In this document: one piece after another, positions 23,632 through 34,450 of the stretch
Position numbering within the stretch: the first letter of the stretch is position 1
Layout: every line of letters starts with the position of its first letter
DNA from: Bacillales bacterium UBA4278
GTDB taxonomy: Bacteria > Bacillota_I > Bacilli_A > RFN20 > CAG-826
Assembly (NCBI GenBank): GCA_002395065.1
Contig: DGVS01000005.1
Location: 394 to 64,393 of the forward strand
DNA: 64,000 nucleotides
Reading direction: 5' to 3'
Notes under the pieces: generated by a model
The model's input: only the letters and a program-made list of their open reading frames with translations
Told to the model about the DNA's origin: nothing
Database searches by the model: none
Position numbers and translations under genes: made by a program

Positions 23632-25461
23632 ATGGCGAAAAAAGATCATCGACAAAGCAATATCCCAACATCCCAAAACCAAAAAGAACAAACCAACCGT
23701 GTGAATAACGGTGTGTTTGTTTTCACTCGTTCAATGAACGTTGCTGAGCTTGCCAAAGAACTTGGCATTAACGTGAACGATATCATTAAATTTCTTTTCT
23801 TGGAAAAGAAAATGATGGTGACAATTAACCAAAATTTAGATGACGAAACAATTGGATTAATCTGTCTTCAATTTGGTTTCGACTTCAAGAAAGAAAAGAT
23901 TGTTTCTGAAGAACAATTTGAAGAAGTTGAAATCATCGATAAACCAGAAGACCTTCTCCCACGTCCAGCAGTCGTCACCATTATGGGTCACGTCGACCAT
24001 GGTAAAACAACATTAATTGACGCGATTCGTTCTTCCCACTTAGTTGATAGTGAAGTTGGAGGTATTTCCCAAGCCATTGGTGCCTACCAAAAAGAAATAA
24101 ATGGACAAAAGATTACCTTCCTTGACACTCCAGGACACGAAGCGTTTACTGCGATGAGAAGTCGTGGTGCAGCTGTAACAGACATTGTTGTTCTTGTCGT
24201 TGCTGCTGATGACGGTGTCATGCCGCAAACAATTGAGGCGATTGACCATGCTAAAGCTGCTGGTGTTCCAATCATTGTTGCAATCAATAAGATTGATAAG
24301 GAAGGAGCCGATCCAAGCCGAATTAAAACTGAATTAATGTCTTATGACATTATTGCCGAAGAGTATGGTGGAAGTAACATCTGCTGTGAAATTTCCGCAA
24401 AAAAGAATATTGGTATTAAGGAACTCCTTGAATCAATTCTTTTGGTTGCGGAAATGCAAGAACTAAAAGCCAACCCAAATCGTTATGCGATTGGTACTGT
24501 TATTGAGGCTAAACTTGATAAAGGCGAAGGTCCAAAAGCAACTCTTCTTGTTCAAAATGGCACATTATCTTTCCAAGACTATGTTGTCGTTGGTACAGCA
24601 TATGGAAAAATTCGTCGTATGACGAATGAACATAAGAAAATTCTTAAAGAAGCCAAACCATCTACACCTGTTGTGGTTATTGGTTTAAGTGAAGTACCAA
24701 ACGCTGGCGATAAGTTCATGGCGTTTCCAACCGAAAAACAAGCTCGCGAAATCGCGGAAAAGCGTGCTTTAATTAAGAAACAAAATGAACAAGGTGCTCA
24801 AGCCGCAGCCACATTAGAAAAACTTTACAGCAAAATTACTGAAAGTAATGGCGAAGTTCAAGAAGTAAACATTGTTCTTAAAGCTGATACCACAGGTTCT
24901 GCTGAAGCTGTGAAAGCATCCTTAGATAAATTAAGCAATGATCAAGTTCATATTAACGTTATTCATAGTAGTGCTGGCGCAATTACCAATAACGACATTA
25001 TGCTTGCTAGTGCATCAAATGCGATTATCTATGGCTTTAATGTTCGTCCTACCGCAATGGTCCAAGCCAAAGCCGAAGAAGAAGGCGTTGAAATTCGATT
25101 ACATCGAATCATTTATGCTCTAACTGAGGAAATGGAAGCTGCCATTAAGGGTATGTATAAGAAAGAACAAGTGGAAAAAGTCATTGGACAAGCCGAAGTT
25201 CGTTCTTTAATTAAGATTTCTAAAGTCGGTACTGTTGCTGGTTCATACGTCACTAGTGGCGTGATTAAAGCCGGTTGTAGTGTCCGTGTTCTTCGTGATG
25301 GTGTGATTGTCTATGAAGGTAAGTTAAATTCTCTTAAGAGATTTAAAGATGACGCTCGTGAAGTTAAAGAAGGATTCGAATGTGGTATGACCATTGAAAA
25401 CTTTAACGATATTAAAGAAAACGATGTCATCGAAGCATACGAAATGGTGGAGAAAGAATAA
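23632..25461 (+). CDS. infB: Translation initiation factor IF-2
   Basis: G domain [17 protein letters not shown] and NKID, with IF-2-specific C-terminal domains. Confidence 0.97.
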   Translation: MAKKDHRQSNIPTSQNQKEQTNRVNNGVFVFTRSMNVAELAKELGINVNDIIKFLFLEKKMMVTINQNLDDETIGLICLQFGFDFKKEKIVSEEQFEEVEIIDKPEDLLPRPAVVTIMGHVDHGKTTLIDAIRSSHLVDSEVGGISQAIGAYQKEINGQKITFLDTPGHEAFTAMRSRGAAVTDIVVLVVAADDGVMPQTIEAIDHAKAAGVPIIVAINKIDKEGADPSRIKTELMSYDIIAEEYGGSNICCEISAKKNIGIKELLESILLVAEMQELKANPNRYAIGTVIEAKLDKGEGPKATLLVQNGTLSFQDYVVVGTAYGKIRRMTNEHKKILKEAKPSTPVVVIGLSEVPNAGDKFMAFPTEKQAREIAEKRALIKKQNEQGAQAAATLEKLYSKITESNGEVQEVNIVLKADTTGSAEAVKASLDKLSNDQVHINVIHSSAGAITNNDIMLASASNAIIYGFNVRPTAMVQAKAEEEGVEIRLHRIIYALTEEMEAAIKGMYKKEQVEKVIGQAEVRSLIKISKVGTVAGSYVTSGVIKAGCSVRVLRDGVIVYEGKLNSLKRFKDDAREVKEGFECGMTIENFNDIKENDVIEAYEMVEKE

Positions 25462-25817
25462 TGGCTGATCGTACGCAACGTATCCAGTCAATTATTGGAA
25501 AGAATATTTCTGAGATCATCCAGTTTGAACTAAAGAACCCAAGAATTGGTTTTTGTACTGTTAGTGAAGTCTGGGTGAGTAGCGATTTTTCTTACGCTAG
25601 AGTCTATGTGACTTTCTTAGGAGCAAAATATCCTAAACAAAACCTCGAAGAATTAAATAAAACTCGTGGTTATGTTCGTTCTTCCTTAGCTAAGAAAATC
25701 GACATTCGTAAAACTCCAGAAATTACCTTCTATCTAGATGAAACATATGAAAAAATAAACCATCTTGACGAGGTATTAAAAAAGGAGTCTGAACAACTCC
25801 AAAAAATGAAGAAATAA
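25461..25817 (+). CDS. rbfA: Ribosome-binding factor A
   Basis: Size, position after infB (1-nt overlap TAATG) and typical RbfA sequence. Confidence 0.92.
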   Translation: MADRTQRIQSIIGKNISEIIQFELKNPRIGFCTVSEVWVSSDFSYARVYVTFLGAKYPKQNLEELNKTRGYVRSSLAKKIDIRKTPEITFYLDETYEKINHLDEVLKKESEQLQKMKK

Positions 25818-25822
25818 TTCTT

Positions 25823-26941
25823 CTATTTGAGATACTTAATAAGCTCGCCTCGGCGGGCTTTTTTATAACCTAAATTTTTGTAGAATTCGGTGTGACTAGA
25901 TTTCTCTAAAATAACTGCTTCAGCAAGATCAAAATGTTCAATTGTTGTTTCTAAGTAATGAATGATATTTTGACGATTTTTCTTTGATTCACGAATGAAC
26001 TCTAAATCGCAAATTAACCGAGAATTGCTGGTTGTTTTCATCGACAAAACCCCAATAGGCTTGTTAATTTTATAAATAATAAAACGCTGTCTATTATCAT
26101 CAAAATTATTGATTTTTAGTTTGCTTCGAAGTCGTTGTTCGAGTAAAGCGTCTTTAGCTGAAATGACTGGATGAAGAGACAAATCTTTTCGTTCAATTTT
26201 GAAGAAATAATCTTGGTAATAAAGAACTTCTTTTTCGTGGTTTTCTAACATAGAGAAAAAGTTCTTTTTTGCCATTGGATACTTAGCATAAATTTCTTTC
26301 AGCATTTGCTTCATTTCAGCACGCATTGTATTGCCATCATTTGGACAATGAGATGGGTAGGCTGGAATACCTTCTTCTTTGGCACATCTAATAATCTGAT
26401 CTTCATGGCAAAGAATCAGTGGCCGAATAAACTCAATTCCGCTTCTTTCTAGGAACATTTTTGGTTGGAATGTTGCAAATCGACCACCAAAAATCTCGTT
26501 CATCATTAAAGTTTCAACGGCATCATCACCATGGTGGGCAAAAGCAACTTTGTTACAACCTAATTCATGAGCAGTCCTATTGATTGCTGCTTTTTTCATT
26601 CTTGAACAGATTGAACATGGTAGATGTGGTGCATCTTTTTGCTGAACTTTGAGGATTTGATAAACCTCTTTTGAATCAACAACATGAAGTTTAAGACCTA
26701 AAGAAGCAACATATTTCTCCATTTCTGAAGAGTCAAAACCAGGAAAACCTAAATCAAGAATTGCTGGAACAATCTCAAAATTGGCGCATTTAAACTGTTT
26801 GTATTGATTTAAGGCATACAAAAGAACCATCGAATCTTTTCCGCCTGAAACACCAATCATAATGCGATCTTTTTCATCGAAAAAAGAGAACTTTTGATCG
26901 GCTTTTCTGATTTGACCTAAAATGGTTCGTATGGTTTTCAT
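25823..26941 (-). CDS. ttcA: TtcA-family PP-loop tRNA thiolation enzyme fused to a C-terminal GNAT-like domain
   Basis: PP-loop SGGKDS, CSICSRMKK and HCPNDG cysteines. The C-terminal ~120 aa end in ..FYKNLGYKK, typical of GNAT folds. Confidence 0.75.
   Translation of the reverse strand: MKTIRTILGQIRKADQKFSFFDEKDRIMIGVSGGKDSMVLLYALNQYKQFKCANFEIVPAILDLGFPGFDSSEMEKYVASLGLKLHVVDSKEVYQILKVQQKDAPHLPCSICSRMKKAAINRTAHELGCNKVAFAHHGDDAVETLMMNEIFGGRFATFQPKMFLERSGIEFIRPLILCHEDQIIRCAKEEGIPAYPSHCPNDGNTMRAEMKQMLKEIYAKYPMAKKNFFSMLENHEKEVLYYQDYFFKIERKDLSLHPVISAKDALLEQRLRSKLKINNFDDNRQRFIIYKINKPIGVLSMKTTSNSRLICDLEFIRESKKNRQNIIHYLETTIEHFDLAEAVILEKSSHTEFYKNLGYKKARRGELIKYLK
25841..25865 (+). terminator. Terminator of the nusA-infB-rbfA operon, embedded in the 3' end of the convergent gene
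   Basis: AGCTCGCC-tcg-GCGGGCTT followed by TTTT. It lies inside codons for the C-terminus of the minus-strand CDS. Confidence 0.65.
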
Positions 26942-26976
26942 GCTAAATATAATATAATATTTACATTATTTTGAAA

Positions 26977-27828
26977 ATGATTACGGGCGCGTTATTAATT
27001 AATAAGGAAAAAGGAAGAACTTCTCGTCAAGAAGTTAACACAGTCTCAAAACTTCTTCATGAAAAGAAGATGGGGCACATTGGAACTCTTGATCCTTTTG
27101 CCGAAGGTTTATTAATTGTTTTAGCTGGTCGAGCTACTAAAATTGCTCCTTTTATTGAACAACTTGATAAAACCTATTTATCTAAGCTAAAACTTGGACA
27201 AAAAACCGATACTGGCGATAAAGATGGAGCGGTGATTGAAGAAGCTAAAGTTCCTACTTTGGATCTTAAAAAAATTAATGAAATTCTCCAGCAATTTTTG
27301 GGTAAATCTTTACAAACCCCACCAAAATACTCCGCTTTAAAAGTAAATGGCGAAAGAGCTTATGCTCTTGCTCGAAAGAATGTTGATTTTGAATTGAAAC
27401 AACGCGAAATTGAAGTTTTTGAAATTAAATTAGTTAATTTTAATGGAACTGATGAAATTACCTTTATTTGTCGTGTTTCCAAAGGAACATATGTTCGAAC
27501 TTTAGCTGAAGATATCGCAGTAAAACTCGGTTGTCTTGGTCATTTAGTTGAGTTAACAAGAGTAAAAATTGGTAAGTATTCTTTGGAGAATTCTGTCAAA
27601 GCTAGCGACGCAAAAGAAGAAGATTTAATCAGTGTGGATGAAATGCTCAAGGATTTCCCAACTGAATTTGTAAGTGGTGAAGATGCTAAAAAAGCTAAAA
27701 ATGGTGTGTCGCTTTGCTTTAATAAGCAAAAAGATAAACTTGTGGTGGTCAAAGATGAAGAAGGACCAATCGCAATGTATGAATTACAAAGCGGTAAGGT
27801 ATATCATTGTTTAAGAGGTTTAAGATGA
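26977..27828 (+). CDS. truB: tRNA pseudouridine(55) synthase TruB
   Basis: ..[27 protein letters not shown].. contains the catalytic Asp motif. An alternative TTG start lies at 26971. Confidence 0.92.
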   Translation: MITGALLINKEKGRTSRQEVNTVSKLLHEKKMGHIGTLDPFAEGLLIVLAGRATKIAPFIEQLDKTYLSKLKLGQKTDTGDKDGAVIEEAKVPTLDLKKINEILQQFLGKSLQTPPKYSALKVNGERAYALARKNVDFELKQREIEVFEIKLVNFNGTDEITFICRVSKGTYVRTLAEDIAVKLGCLGHLVELTRVKIGKYSLENSVKASDAKEEDLISVDEMLKDFPTEFVSGEDAKKAKNGVSLCFNKQKDKLVVVKDEEGPIAMYELQSGKVYHCLRGLR

Positions 27829-28718
27829 AACTTGTACGATTTGATCAATATCATCTGCCAGAAAACAAGGAACCAATCTCGATTATTTTAGGTTACTTTG
27901 ATGGAATTCATCTTGGACACCAATTTTTAATTGAAACTGCACGTAAAACCGCCAAATTTTCAACTGTTTTGATGACTTTTTCCAAACCTGTTAGTACTTT
28001 TTTAAATAAAGAAAAATCACCAGCAATTCTGACATCTTTAGATGACCGGTTCCGAATCGTATCAAAAATGGGAATTGATCAATTCTATGTTTTAGATATT
28101 GATGAAGATTTCCTTAATTTATCTCCAAATGCATTTATCGATTTATTAAAGAAAATGAATGTTCAGGAAGTCTTCTGCGGATCAGATTTTTGCTTTGGAA
28201 AGGATCGACTTGGAAAAGCTGAATTATTGAAGAAATTTTTCACAACAAAAATTGTTGATCTAATCATCGACCACGACTCAAAAGTTAGTTCGAGAGATAT
28301 AAAATATCTCATTACTCAAGGAAACATTCCGGAAGCGAATCGTTTACTTGGTCATAATTTCACAATGTCTGGCTCTGTCATTCATGGTCTTGGAATTGGC
28401 CGAAGAATCGGCATTCGAACAATGAATCTAAAACCATCTGATTCCTATGTCATTCCTCGATTTGGCGTTTATAAAACAATCGCCTATATCGACGGGATTC
28501 CACATCGTGCAATTACTAACGTTGGCGTCAAACCAACGATCGATGATTCTCAAGTTGTCACGATTGAAATCCATGTCATGAATTACACGAAAGAAAACTA
28601 TTCTGAATCAATCCAACTCGAATTCCTCGAATTTATCCGTGATGAGAAAAAGTTTTCTTCTTTAGAAGAACTTAAGAAACAAATTGAATCTGATATTAAG
28701 TTTGTTTTTGGTGTTTAA
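27825..28718 (+). CDS. ribF: Bifunctional riboflavin kinase / FMN adenylyltransferase
   Basis: GYFDGIHLGH motif and a C-terminal riboflavin kinase domain. It has an ATGA overlap with the truB stop. The track ORF start at 27807 is less likely. Confidence 0.9.
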   Translation: MKLVRFDQYHLPENKEPISIILGYFDGIHLGHQFLIETARKTAKFSTVLMTFSKPVSTFLNKEKSPAILTSLDDRFRIVSKMGIDQFYVLDIDEDFLNLSPNAFIDLLKKMNVQEVFCGSDFCFGKDRLGKAELLKKFFTTKIVDLIIDHDSKVSSRDIKYLITQGNIPEANRLLGHNFTMSGSVIHGLGIGRRIGIRTMNLKPSDSYVIPRFGVYKTIAYIDGIPHRAITNVGVKPTIDDSQVVTIEIHVMNYTKENYSESIQLEFLEFIRDEKKFSSLEELKKQIESDIKFVFGV

Positions 28719-28838
28719 ATTAGTATTGAAATCATCTTGATTTCTTATATAATAGTTATCGCAACTTCTTCTAAGATTAGCGAGCACTCCGACGCTATTC
28801 CTGGATTAAGTCAAGTCTAATTAAAGGAGGGATGCAAC

Positions 28839-29105
28839 ATGTTATCCAAAGAAAAAGTCGCCGAAATCGTTAAGAAGTACGGCAAGAACGAAAAGGACAC
28901 CGGCTCTGTCGAAGTCCAAATCGCTCTTCTTACAGAACAAATTAACGAACTCACAAAGCACCTTAAGAAAAACAAAAAAGATGCTTCCGGTAGACGTGGA
29001 TTATTCGTGCTTGTTGGAAAACGTCGTGGTTTACTCGATTACTTAAATCGTACTGACCGTGATGCTTACGCCAAGCTCTTAGCTGAATTATCCATTCGTA
29101 AATAA
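28839..29105 (+). CDS. rpsO: 30S ribosomal protein S15
   Basis: 88 aa with typical S15 sequence (..[27 protein letters not shown]). A strong RBS AAAGGAGGG lies upstream. Confidence 0.97.
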   Translation: MLSKEKVAEIVKKYGKNEKDTGSVEVQIALLTEQINELTKHLKKNKKDASGRRGLFVLVGKRRGLLDYLNRTDRDAYAKLLAELSIRK

Positions 29106-29125
29106 GTTAAAACTTATTAAAAGTT

Positions 29126-29157
29126 ACACCATACTTAGTATGGTGTTTTCTTTTTTA
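29126..29157 (+). terminator. Rho-independent terminator after rpsO
   Basis: ACACCATAC-tta-GTATGGTGT followed by a T-rich run. Confidence 0.8.
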
Positions 29158-29228
29158 AATTTCTTGTATTATTCAACTAACATTTATGTTAAAATTTTAA
29201 TAGTTTTCAAAAAGGAGAAAAGAAATTA

Positions 29229-31388
29229 ATGAAAAAGACATTCGAATTAGAATTCGATGGCCGCAAACTCGTTGTTGAAGCCGGTGAAATCGGTAAACAA
29301 ACACGTGGTTGCGTTTTGGTGCGTTATGGTGACACTGTCGTTACTTCAAACGTGACAATGTCCAAACACACTGTTGACTGGGATTTCTTCCCACTCAGTG
29401 TTGAGTACCAAGAAAGAATGTATGCTGCCGGAAAAATTCCTGGTGGATTCCTTCGTAGAGAAGGTCGCCCAAGTTCTCACGCTATCTTAGCAAGTCGTAT
29501 TACCGATCGAACAATGCGTCCACTCTTCCCAGAAGGCTTCCGTAATGAAGTCCAAGTCGTCTCCCAAGTTATGGCTGTCGACTACGATAATTCCCCAGAA
29601 ATTACCGCAATGTTTGGCTCTTCCCTTTGCGTTTGCATCTCAGATGTTCCATTTAATGGTCCGATCGCTGGTGTCTATGTTGGTCGTGTTGATGGAAAAT
29701 TAGTCATCAACCCAACAGTTGAACAACGTAAAGTGTCTGACATCGACCTCTGTGTCGCTGGTACAGAAGAAGCCATTAACATGGTTGAAGCAGGTGCTAA
29801 CGAAGTTAGCGAAGAAGATATGCTTGACGCTTTAATGTTTGGTCATGAAGCTGTCAAGAAACTCTGCCGTTTCCAAAAGGAAATTATCAAGAAGATTGGT
29901 GTTGAAAAGAATAAAGATATCCAATTCAAAGTTATTCCAGAGGAATTACGTGCAGAAGTCACTGCTAAAGTTGACAAAGAATTACGTAAAGCTGTCTCCA
30001 CAAAAGACAAACTTGAACGTGAAGAAAAAATTGAAGCAATTGAAAAGGCTACTGAAGCTGAATACACGGAAAACGGTGCTGATCCAAAGACTGTTCAACA
30101 AGTCCACGAGATCCAAGAAGACATCGTTCACCAAGAAGTTCGCCGCTTAATTGCCGAAGATAAGATTAGACCAGACGGTCGTAAACCAGACGAACTTCGT
30201 CCACTTGATGCCCAAGTCGACATCCTCGGACGTAGAGTTCACGGTTCTGCCATGTTTACCCGTGGTCAAACCCAAGTTATTTCCACAACTACACTTGGAC
30301 CTTTAAGTGATAAACAAATCATTGATGATTTAACACCAGAAGAATCTAAGAGATTCATGCATCACTATAACTTCCCACAATGGTGTGTTGGTGGAACAGG
30401 TAAGATTGGTGTTCTTGCTCGTCGTGAAATCGGCCATGGTGCCTTAGGCGAAAGAGCTCTCTCTTACGTTATTCCTTCTGAAGAAGAATTCCCATACACA
30501 ATTCGTGTTGTTAGTGAAGTTTATGAATCAAATGGTTCATCTTCCCAAGCTAGTATCTGTGCTGGATGTATGTCCTTAATGGCCGCTGGTGTCCCAATCC
30601 GTCGTATGGTCTCTGGTATCGCTATGGGCTTAATTTCAACTGGCTCACTCGATACAAATCCATACACCATTCTCACTGATATTCAAGGTCTTGAAGACCA
30701 CTTCGGTGATATGGACTTTAAGGTTGCTGGTACAGAAGTCGGTATTACCGCTCTGCAAATGGACATTAAGATTGCTGGTGTTACACGTGAAGTTCTACGC
30801 GAAGCGTTAGCTCAAGCCCACAAGGCCCGTGCGGAAATCCGCGCTGTCATGAGTAAAGCCATTGCTGCTCCACGTCCAGATGTCAGCGAATTTGCTCCAA
30901 AACTCGACAAGATGCAAATTGATGTCGATAAGATTCGTGATGTTATCGGAACTGGTGGTAAGGTCATTAATGAAATTATTGCTGAGTGCGATAATGTCCA
31001 AATCGATATCGATGATAATGGCTTAATCGTCATCTATCACATGAACCGTGAAATGATTAACAAAGCCAAGAAGATGATTGAAGATATCGTTAGAGAAGCC
31101 AAAGTTGGCGAAGTCTACGAAGGCGAAGTCACCCGTGTTGAAGAATACGGAGCATTTGTGAAATTATTCGGAACAACCGAAGGTTTATGCCACGTCTCTC
31201 GCTTAGACTGGGGCTATGTTGCTAAAGCTAGCGACAAAGTCAAAGTCGGAGATATCTTAAAAGTCAGAGTCTGCGAAATTGATGACCACGGTAAAGTGAA
31301 AGTTTCACATCGTGAATTCATTGAAAAACCAGCTGGATATGTTGAAAAACCAGCTCCAGTTGGTAAAAAACCACATAAACATCATTAG
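29229..31388 (+). CDS. pnp: Polyribonucleotide nucleotidyltransferase (PNPase)
   Basis: Two RNase PH domains, a KH domain and an S1 domain (GEVYEGEVTRVEEYGAFVKL). Confidence 0.97.
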   Translation: MKKTFELEFDGRKLVVEAGEIGKQTRGCVLVRYGDTVVTSNVTMSKHTVDWDFFPLSVEYQERMYAAGKIPGGFLRREGRPSSHAILASRITDRTMRPLFPEGFRNEVQVVSQVMAVDYDNSPEITAMFGSSLCVCISDVPFNGPIAGVYVGRVDGKLVINPTVEQRKVSDIDLCVAGTEEAINMVEAGANEVSEEDMLDALMFGHEAVKKLCRFQKEIIKKIGVEKNKDIQFKVIPEELRAEVTAKVDKELRKAVSTKDKLEREEKIEAIEKATEAEYTENGADPKTVQQVHEIQEDIVHQEVRRLIAEDKIRPDGRKPDELRPLDAQVDILGRRVHGSAMFTRGQTQVISTTTLGPLSDKQIIDDLTPEESKRFMHHYNFPQWCVGGTGKIGVLARREIGHGALGERALSYVIPSEEEFPYTIRVVSEVYESNGSSSQASICAGCMSLMAAGVPIRRMVSGIAMGLISTGSLDTNPYTILTDIQGLEDHFGDMDFKVAGTEVGITALQMDIKIAGVTREVLREALAQAHKARAEIRAVMSKAIAAPRPDVSEFAPKLDKMQIDVDKIRDVIGTGGKVINEIIAECDNVQIDIDDNGLIVIYHMNREMINKAKKMIEDIVREAKVGEVYEGEVTRVEEYGAFVKLFGTTEGLCHVSRLDWGYVAKASDKVKVGDILKVRVCEIDDHGKVKVSHREFIEKPAGYVEKPAPVGKKPHKHH

Positions 31389-31407
31389 TAATTAAAGGTT
31401 ACAAACT

Positions 31408-32847
31408 ATGTTTGATGTCATTGTTGTTGGTGCCGGATGTGTTGGCGCGCTTATTGCGCGTCAACTTTCCGCATACCGCCTCAATGTCCTCGTCTTAGAG
31501 AAGGAGAACGATGTCGGAAACGCTACAAGTATGGCTAATTCCGCCATCGTTCACTCTGGTTATGATCCTGTTCCAGGAACCTTGAAAGCAAAATTCAATG
31601 TCCTTGGAAACAAGATGTATCCAGAACTTTGTCAAGACCTCGACGTTCATTTTGAACAAATTGGTTCATTAACTGTTGCTCTTTATGATGAACAGCTTCC
31701 GATGCTTAAAGAGCTCTCTGAGCGTTCTAAACAAAATGGTGTAGAAGTAAAACTTCTAAGCAAAGAAGAAGTTCTTGCATTAGAACCAAACATCTCTCCA
31801 GAAGTCAAAGGCGCTTTACTTGCTCCAAGCGCAGGAATTGTTAATCCTTTCACGCTTGTTGTACACGCGATGGAAAACGCTGTTGATCAAGGAGTCGAAC
31901 TTCATTTAAATGAAGAAGTGAAAGATATTCACGAGAAAAATGGTGGTTTTGAAGTATTAACTTCAAGAGGATCTTACGAAACTAAGGTTGTGATTAACTG
32001 CGCGGGCATTTATGGAGATAAAATCCATTCGCTTGTTGAACCAATTGATTACAACATTAAAGCTCGTAAAGGACAATATTTTGTCCTTGATCACTATGCT
32101 AAAGGACTTGTAAACCATGTCATCTTCCCTCTTCCAAGTGAAAAGGGTAAAGGTATTTTGGTTTCGCCGACAACAAGTGGAAACTATATTGTTGGTCCAT
32201 CTAGTGAATGGAGTGAGGATAAGGATGCTGTTTCTTGCGATAAGCCAACATTAGATAATGTTAAAGCTCAAGCACAAGCAATGGTTCCATCCATTCCATT
32301 CAACCAAGTCATTCGTATTTTTGCTGGTAATCGTCCAACTCCATCAACCCATGACTTTGTCATTGGTACGTCGAAGAAATATCCAAACTTTATTAATGCG
32401 AGTGGAATTGAGTCTCCAGGACTTGTTTCCTCTCCAGCGATTGCCGAAGCAATTGTGAATGATTATGTGTCTAAAGTTTTAACTTTAGTTAAAAAAGAAA
32501 ATTGGAGTGGTAAAGTTCGTCCACGAGTTCATTTAAATGAACTAAGTATAGATGAACGTAACGCTTTAATTAAAAAGGATGCCCATTATGGTCGCATCAT
32601 TTGTAACTGCGAAAAAGTAACATATGGAGAAATCCTTGATGAACTTTCTCGTAGTGTCCCGCCTCATAGTGTCAAAGCTCTCAAAAAAAGAACTCGTGCT
32701 GGATTTGGAAAATGTCAGGGTGGTTTCTGTCAACCTCTCGTGATTCAAATCTTAGCTGAACATTATGGCGTGAAGTTCTCTGATATTAATTACGATAAGC
32801 TTGGTAGCGAGATTTGCAAATATACCACTAAGGGGGAAGAAAAATGA
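31408..32847 (+). CDS. FAD-dependent oxidoreductase, GlpA-like glycerol-3-phosphate dehydrogenase with a BFD-like [2Fe-2S] domain
   Basis: N-terminal dinucleotide fold DVIVVGAGCVGA. The C-terminal ..ICNCEKVTYGEILDEL..C.GGFC is BFD-like. Confidence 0.8.
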   Translation: MFDVIVVGAGCVGALIARQLSAYRLNVLVLEKENDVGNATSMANSAIVHSGYDPVPGTLKAKFNVLGNKMYPELCQDLDVHFEQIGSLTVALYDEQLPMLKELSERSKQNGVEVKLLSKEEVLALEPNISPEVKGALLAPSAGIVNPFTLVVHAMENAVDQGVELHLNEEVKDIHEKNGGFEVLTSRGSYETKVVINCAGIYGDKIHSLVEPIDYNIKARKGQYFVLDHYAKGLVNHVIFPLPSEKGKGILVSPTTSGNYIVGPSSEWSEDKDAVSCDKPTLDNVKAQAQAMVPSIPFNQVIRIFAGNRPTPSTHDFVIGTSKKYPNFINASGIESPGLVSSPAIAEAIVNDYVSKVLTLVKKENWSGKVRPRVHLNELSIDERNALIKKDAHYGRIICNCEKVTYGEILDELSRSVPPHSVKALKKRTRAGFGKCQGGFCQPLVIQILAEHYGVKFSDINYDKLGSEICKYTTKGEEK

Positions 32848-34100
32848 TTCATCATCGCTTAGTGATTATTGGTGGCGGTTCTGCCGGTATGGCGGCCGCT
32901 GTAAAAGCCTACGAGCTTGGAGAAAAAGATATTCTTATTCTTGAAAAGAATAATTATCTTGGTGGAATTCTGAACCAATGTATTCACAATGGTTTTGGTC
33001 TCCACGAGTTTAAAGAAGAACTCACTGGTCCAGAATTCATGTCTCGTTTTTCCAAACAAGTCAATGAACTCGGAATCAAATATCGACTTAACGCAAATGT
33101 TCTTTCGATAACAAAAGACAAAGTGGTTACATATTCTAGTGAAGAAGATGGATTAGTTGAAGTAAAAGCTGATGCAATCATCTTAACAACTGGATGCTAC
33201 GAACGTAATGCTGGAGCAATTCAAATTGCTGGTGATCGACCAGTTGGTGTTTATACTGCTGGACAAGCCCAACTTTATTTAAATTGCTATGGTTACCTCG
33301 TAGGTAAAAAAGTCTTTATTCTTGGTAGTGGCGATATTGGCTTAATTATGGCTCGAAGAATGACACTTGAAGGAGCAAAAGTCCTTGGTGTTGCTGAACT
33401 AATGCCATATTCCGCCGGTTTAAACCGTAATATTGTCCAATGTCTACAAGACTTTAATATTCCGCTTTACTTATCACACACTGTTAAAGAAGTTCGTGGT
33501 AAGAACCGTGTCGAAAAAGTCATCATCGCTAAAGTTGATGAAAAAATGCAGTTTATTCCAGGCACTGAAATGGAATTTGACTGCGACACCCTTCTTCTCT
33601 CTGTTGGACTTATTCCAAATAACGACTTGTTCAATAACCTTGGAATTAAGTTCTCCAAAACAAGAGGAGCAGTGGTTAATCAAGATATGGAAACAGAAAT
33701 TCCAGGGATCTTCTCTGCTGGTAATGTCCTTCATGTTCATGACCTTGTTGACTATGTTGTTAGCGAAGCTAGAGAAGCTGCTGTTGGTGCTGTGAAATAT
33801 CTCAACAAAACAACAAAACATGCCGGTTTTGCCTATGAAATTAAACAAGGATTTGGTATTGGATACGTTGTCCCACAAGTTCTCAATATTAATGACGCTA
33901 GTGATAAAGTATCCTTCAAATTCCGTGTGGCAAAACCATTTAAAGATATTGTGATTAACATTAAAGAAGGTCAGCGAGTGCTAAAGAAAATTATTAAACC
34001 AGCGATCGTTCCTTCTGAAATGGAAATTGTTTATCTATCAAAAGAACTTTTCCAAAAGGAAGATCATACAATCACAGTTAGCGTGGAGGAGAAGAAATGA
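32844..34100 (+). CDS. FAD/NAD(P)-binding pyridine nucleotide-disulfide oxidoreductase, partner subunit
   Basis: LVIIGGGSAGMAAA plus a second Rossmann motif ILGSGDIGL. It has a 4-nt overlap with the upstream gene. Confidence 0.75.
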   Translation: MIHHRLVIIGGGSAGMAAAVKAYELGEKDILILEKNNYLGGILNQCIHNGFGLHEFKEELTGPEFMSRFSKQVNELGIKYRLNANVLSITKDKVVTYSSEEDGLVEVKADAIILTTGCYERNAGAIQIAGDRPVGVYTAGQAQLYLNCYGYLVGKKVFILGSGDIGLIMARRMTLEGAKVLGVAELMPYSAGLNRNIVQCLQDFNIPLYLSHTVKEVRGKNRVEKVIIAKVDEKMQFIPGTEMEFDCDTLLLSVGLIPNNDLFNNLGIKFSKTRGAVVNQDMETEIPGIFSAGNVLHVHDLVDYVVSEAREAAVGAVKYLNKTTKHAGFAYEIKQGFGIGYVVPQVLNINDASDKVSFKFRVAKPFKDIVINIKEGQRVLKKIIKPAIVPSEMEIVYLSKELFQKEDHTITVSVEEKK

Positions 34101-34441
34101 GAGAATTAATTTGCATTAATTGTCCTCGTGGTTGTCGTTTAAAAATCGACGATGATTTTAATGTCACCGGTAACTTCTGCCCACGCGGCGTAATATACGC
34201 GAAAAACGAACTGACTCATCCAGTTCGTACATTAACTTCAACTGTCAAAGTACAAAGTACTTTAGAAAGACGTTTGCCAGTTAAATCAAGCGAACCTCTT
34301 CCAAAGGAAAAAGTTTTTGATGCGGTGAATGAACTGGATCAAGTCAGTGTAAAAACTCCTGTTCATATTGGTGATGTGATTATTGAAAACGTCGCCCAAA
34401 CAGGTGTGAACATTGTTGCCACAAAAAATATTGAAAAATAA
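34097..34441 (+). CDS. DUF1667 domain protein, third subunit of the cluster
   Basis: MRELICINCPRGCRL..FCPRG is the typical DUF1667 cysteine pattern. It has a 4-nt overlap with the upstream gene. Confidence 0.75.
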   Translation: MRELICINCPRGCRLKIDDDFNVTGNFCPRGVIYAKNELTHPVRTLTSTVKVQSTLERRLPVKSSEPLPKEKVFDAVNELDQVSVKTPVHIGDVIIENVAQTGVNIVATKNIEK

Positions 34442-34450
34442 GGAGTAGAT

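Noticed and set aside
27826-27828. Considered Mollicutes genetic code 4 (TGA = Trp) because of the low GC content and Mollicutes-like gene content
   Set aside because: TGA terminates well-conserved genes at the expected lengths (truB at 27826-27828, greA at 54463-54465), and TGG encodes Trp in conserved motifs. Code 11 therefore applies.
28719-28838. Possible S15 autoregulatory leader upstream of rpsO
   Set aside because: The region is long enough and S15 autoregulation is known. I could not identify a convincing conserved fold by eye, so it is not reported as a feature.
33433-33878. Overlapping alternative-frame ORFs (120 aa on +, 134 aa on -) within the oxidoreductase gene
   Set aside because: The frame carrying the Rossmann motifs is clearly the coding one. 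The others are by-products of AT-rich codon usage.
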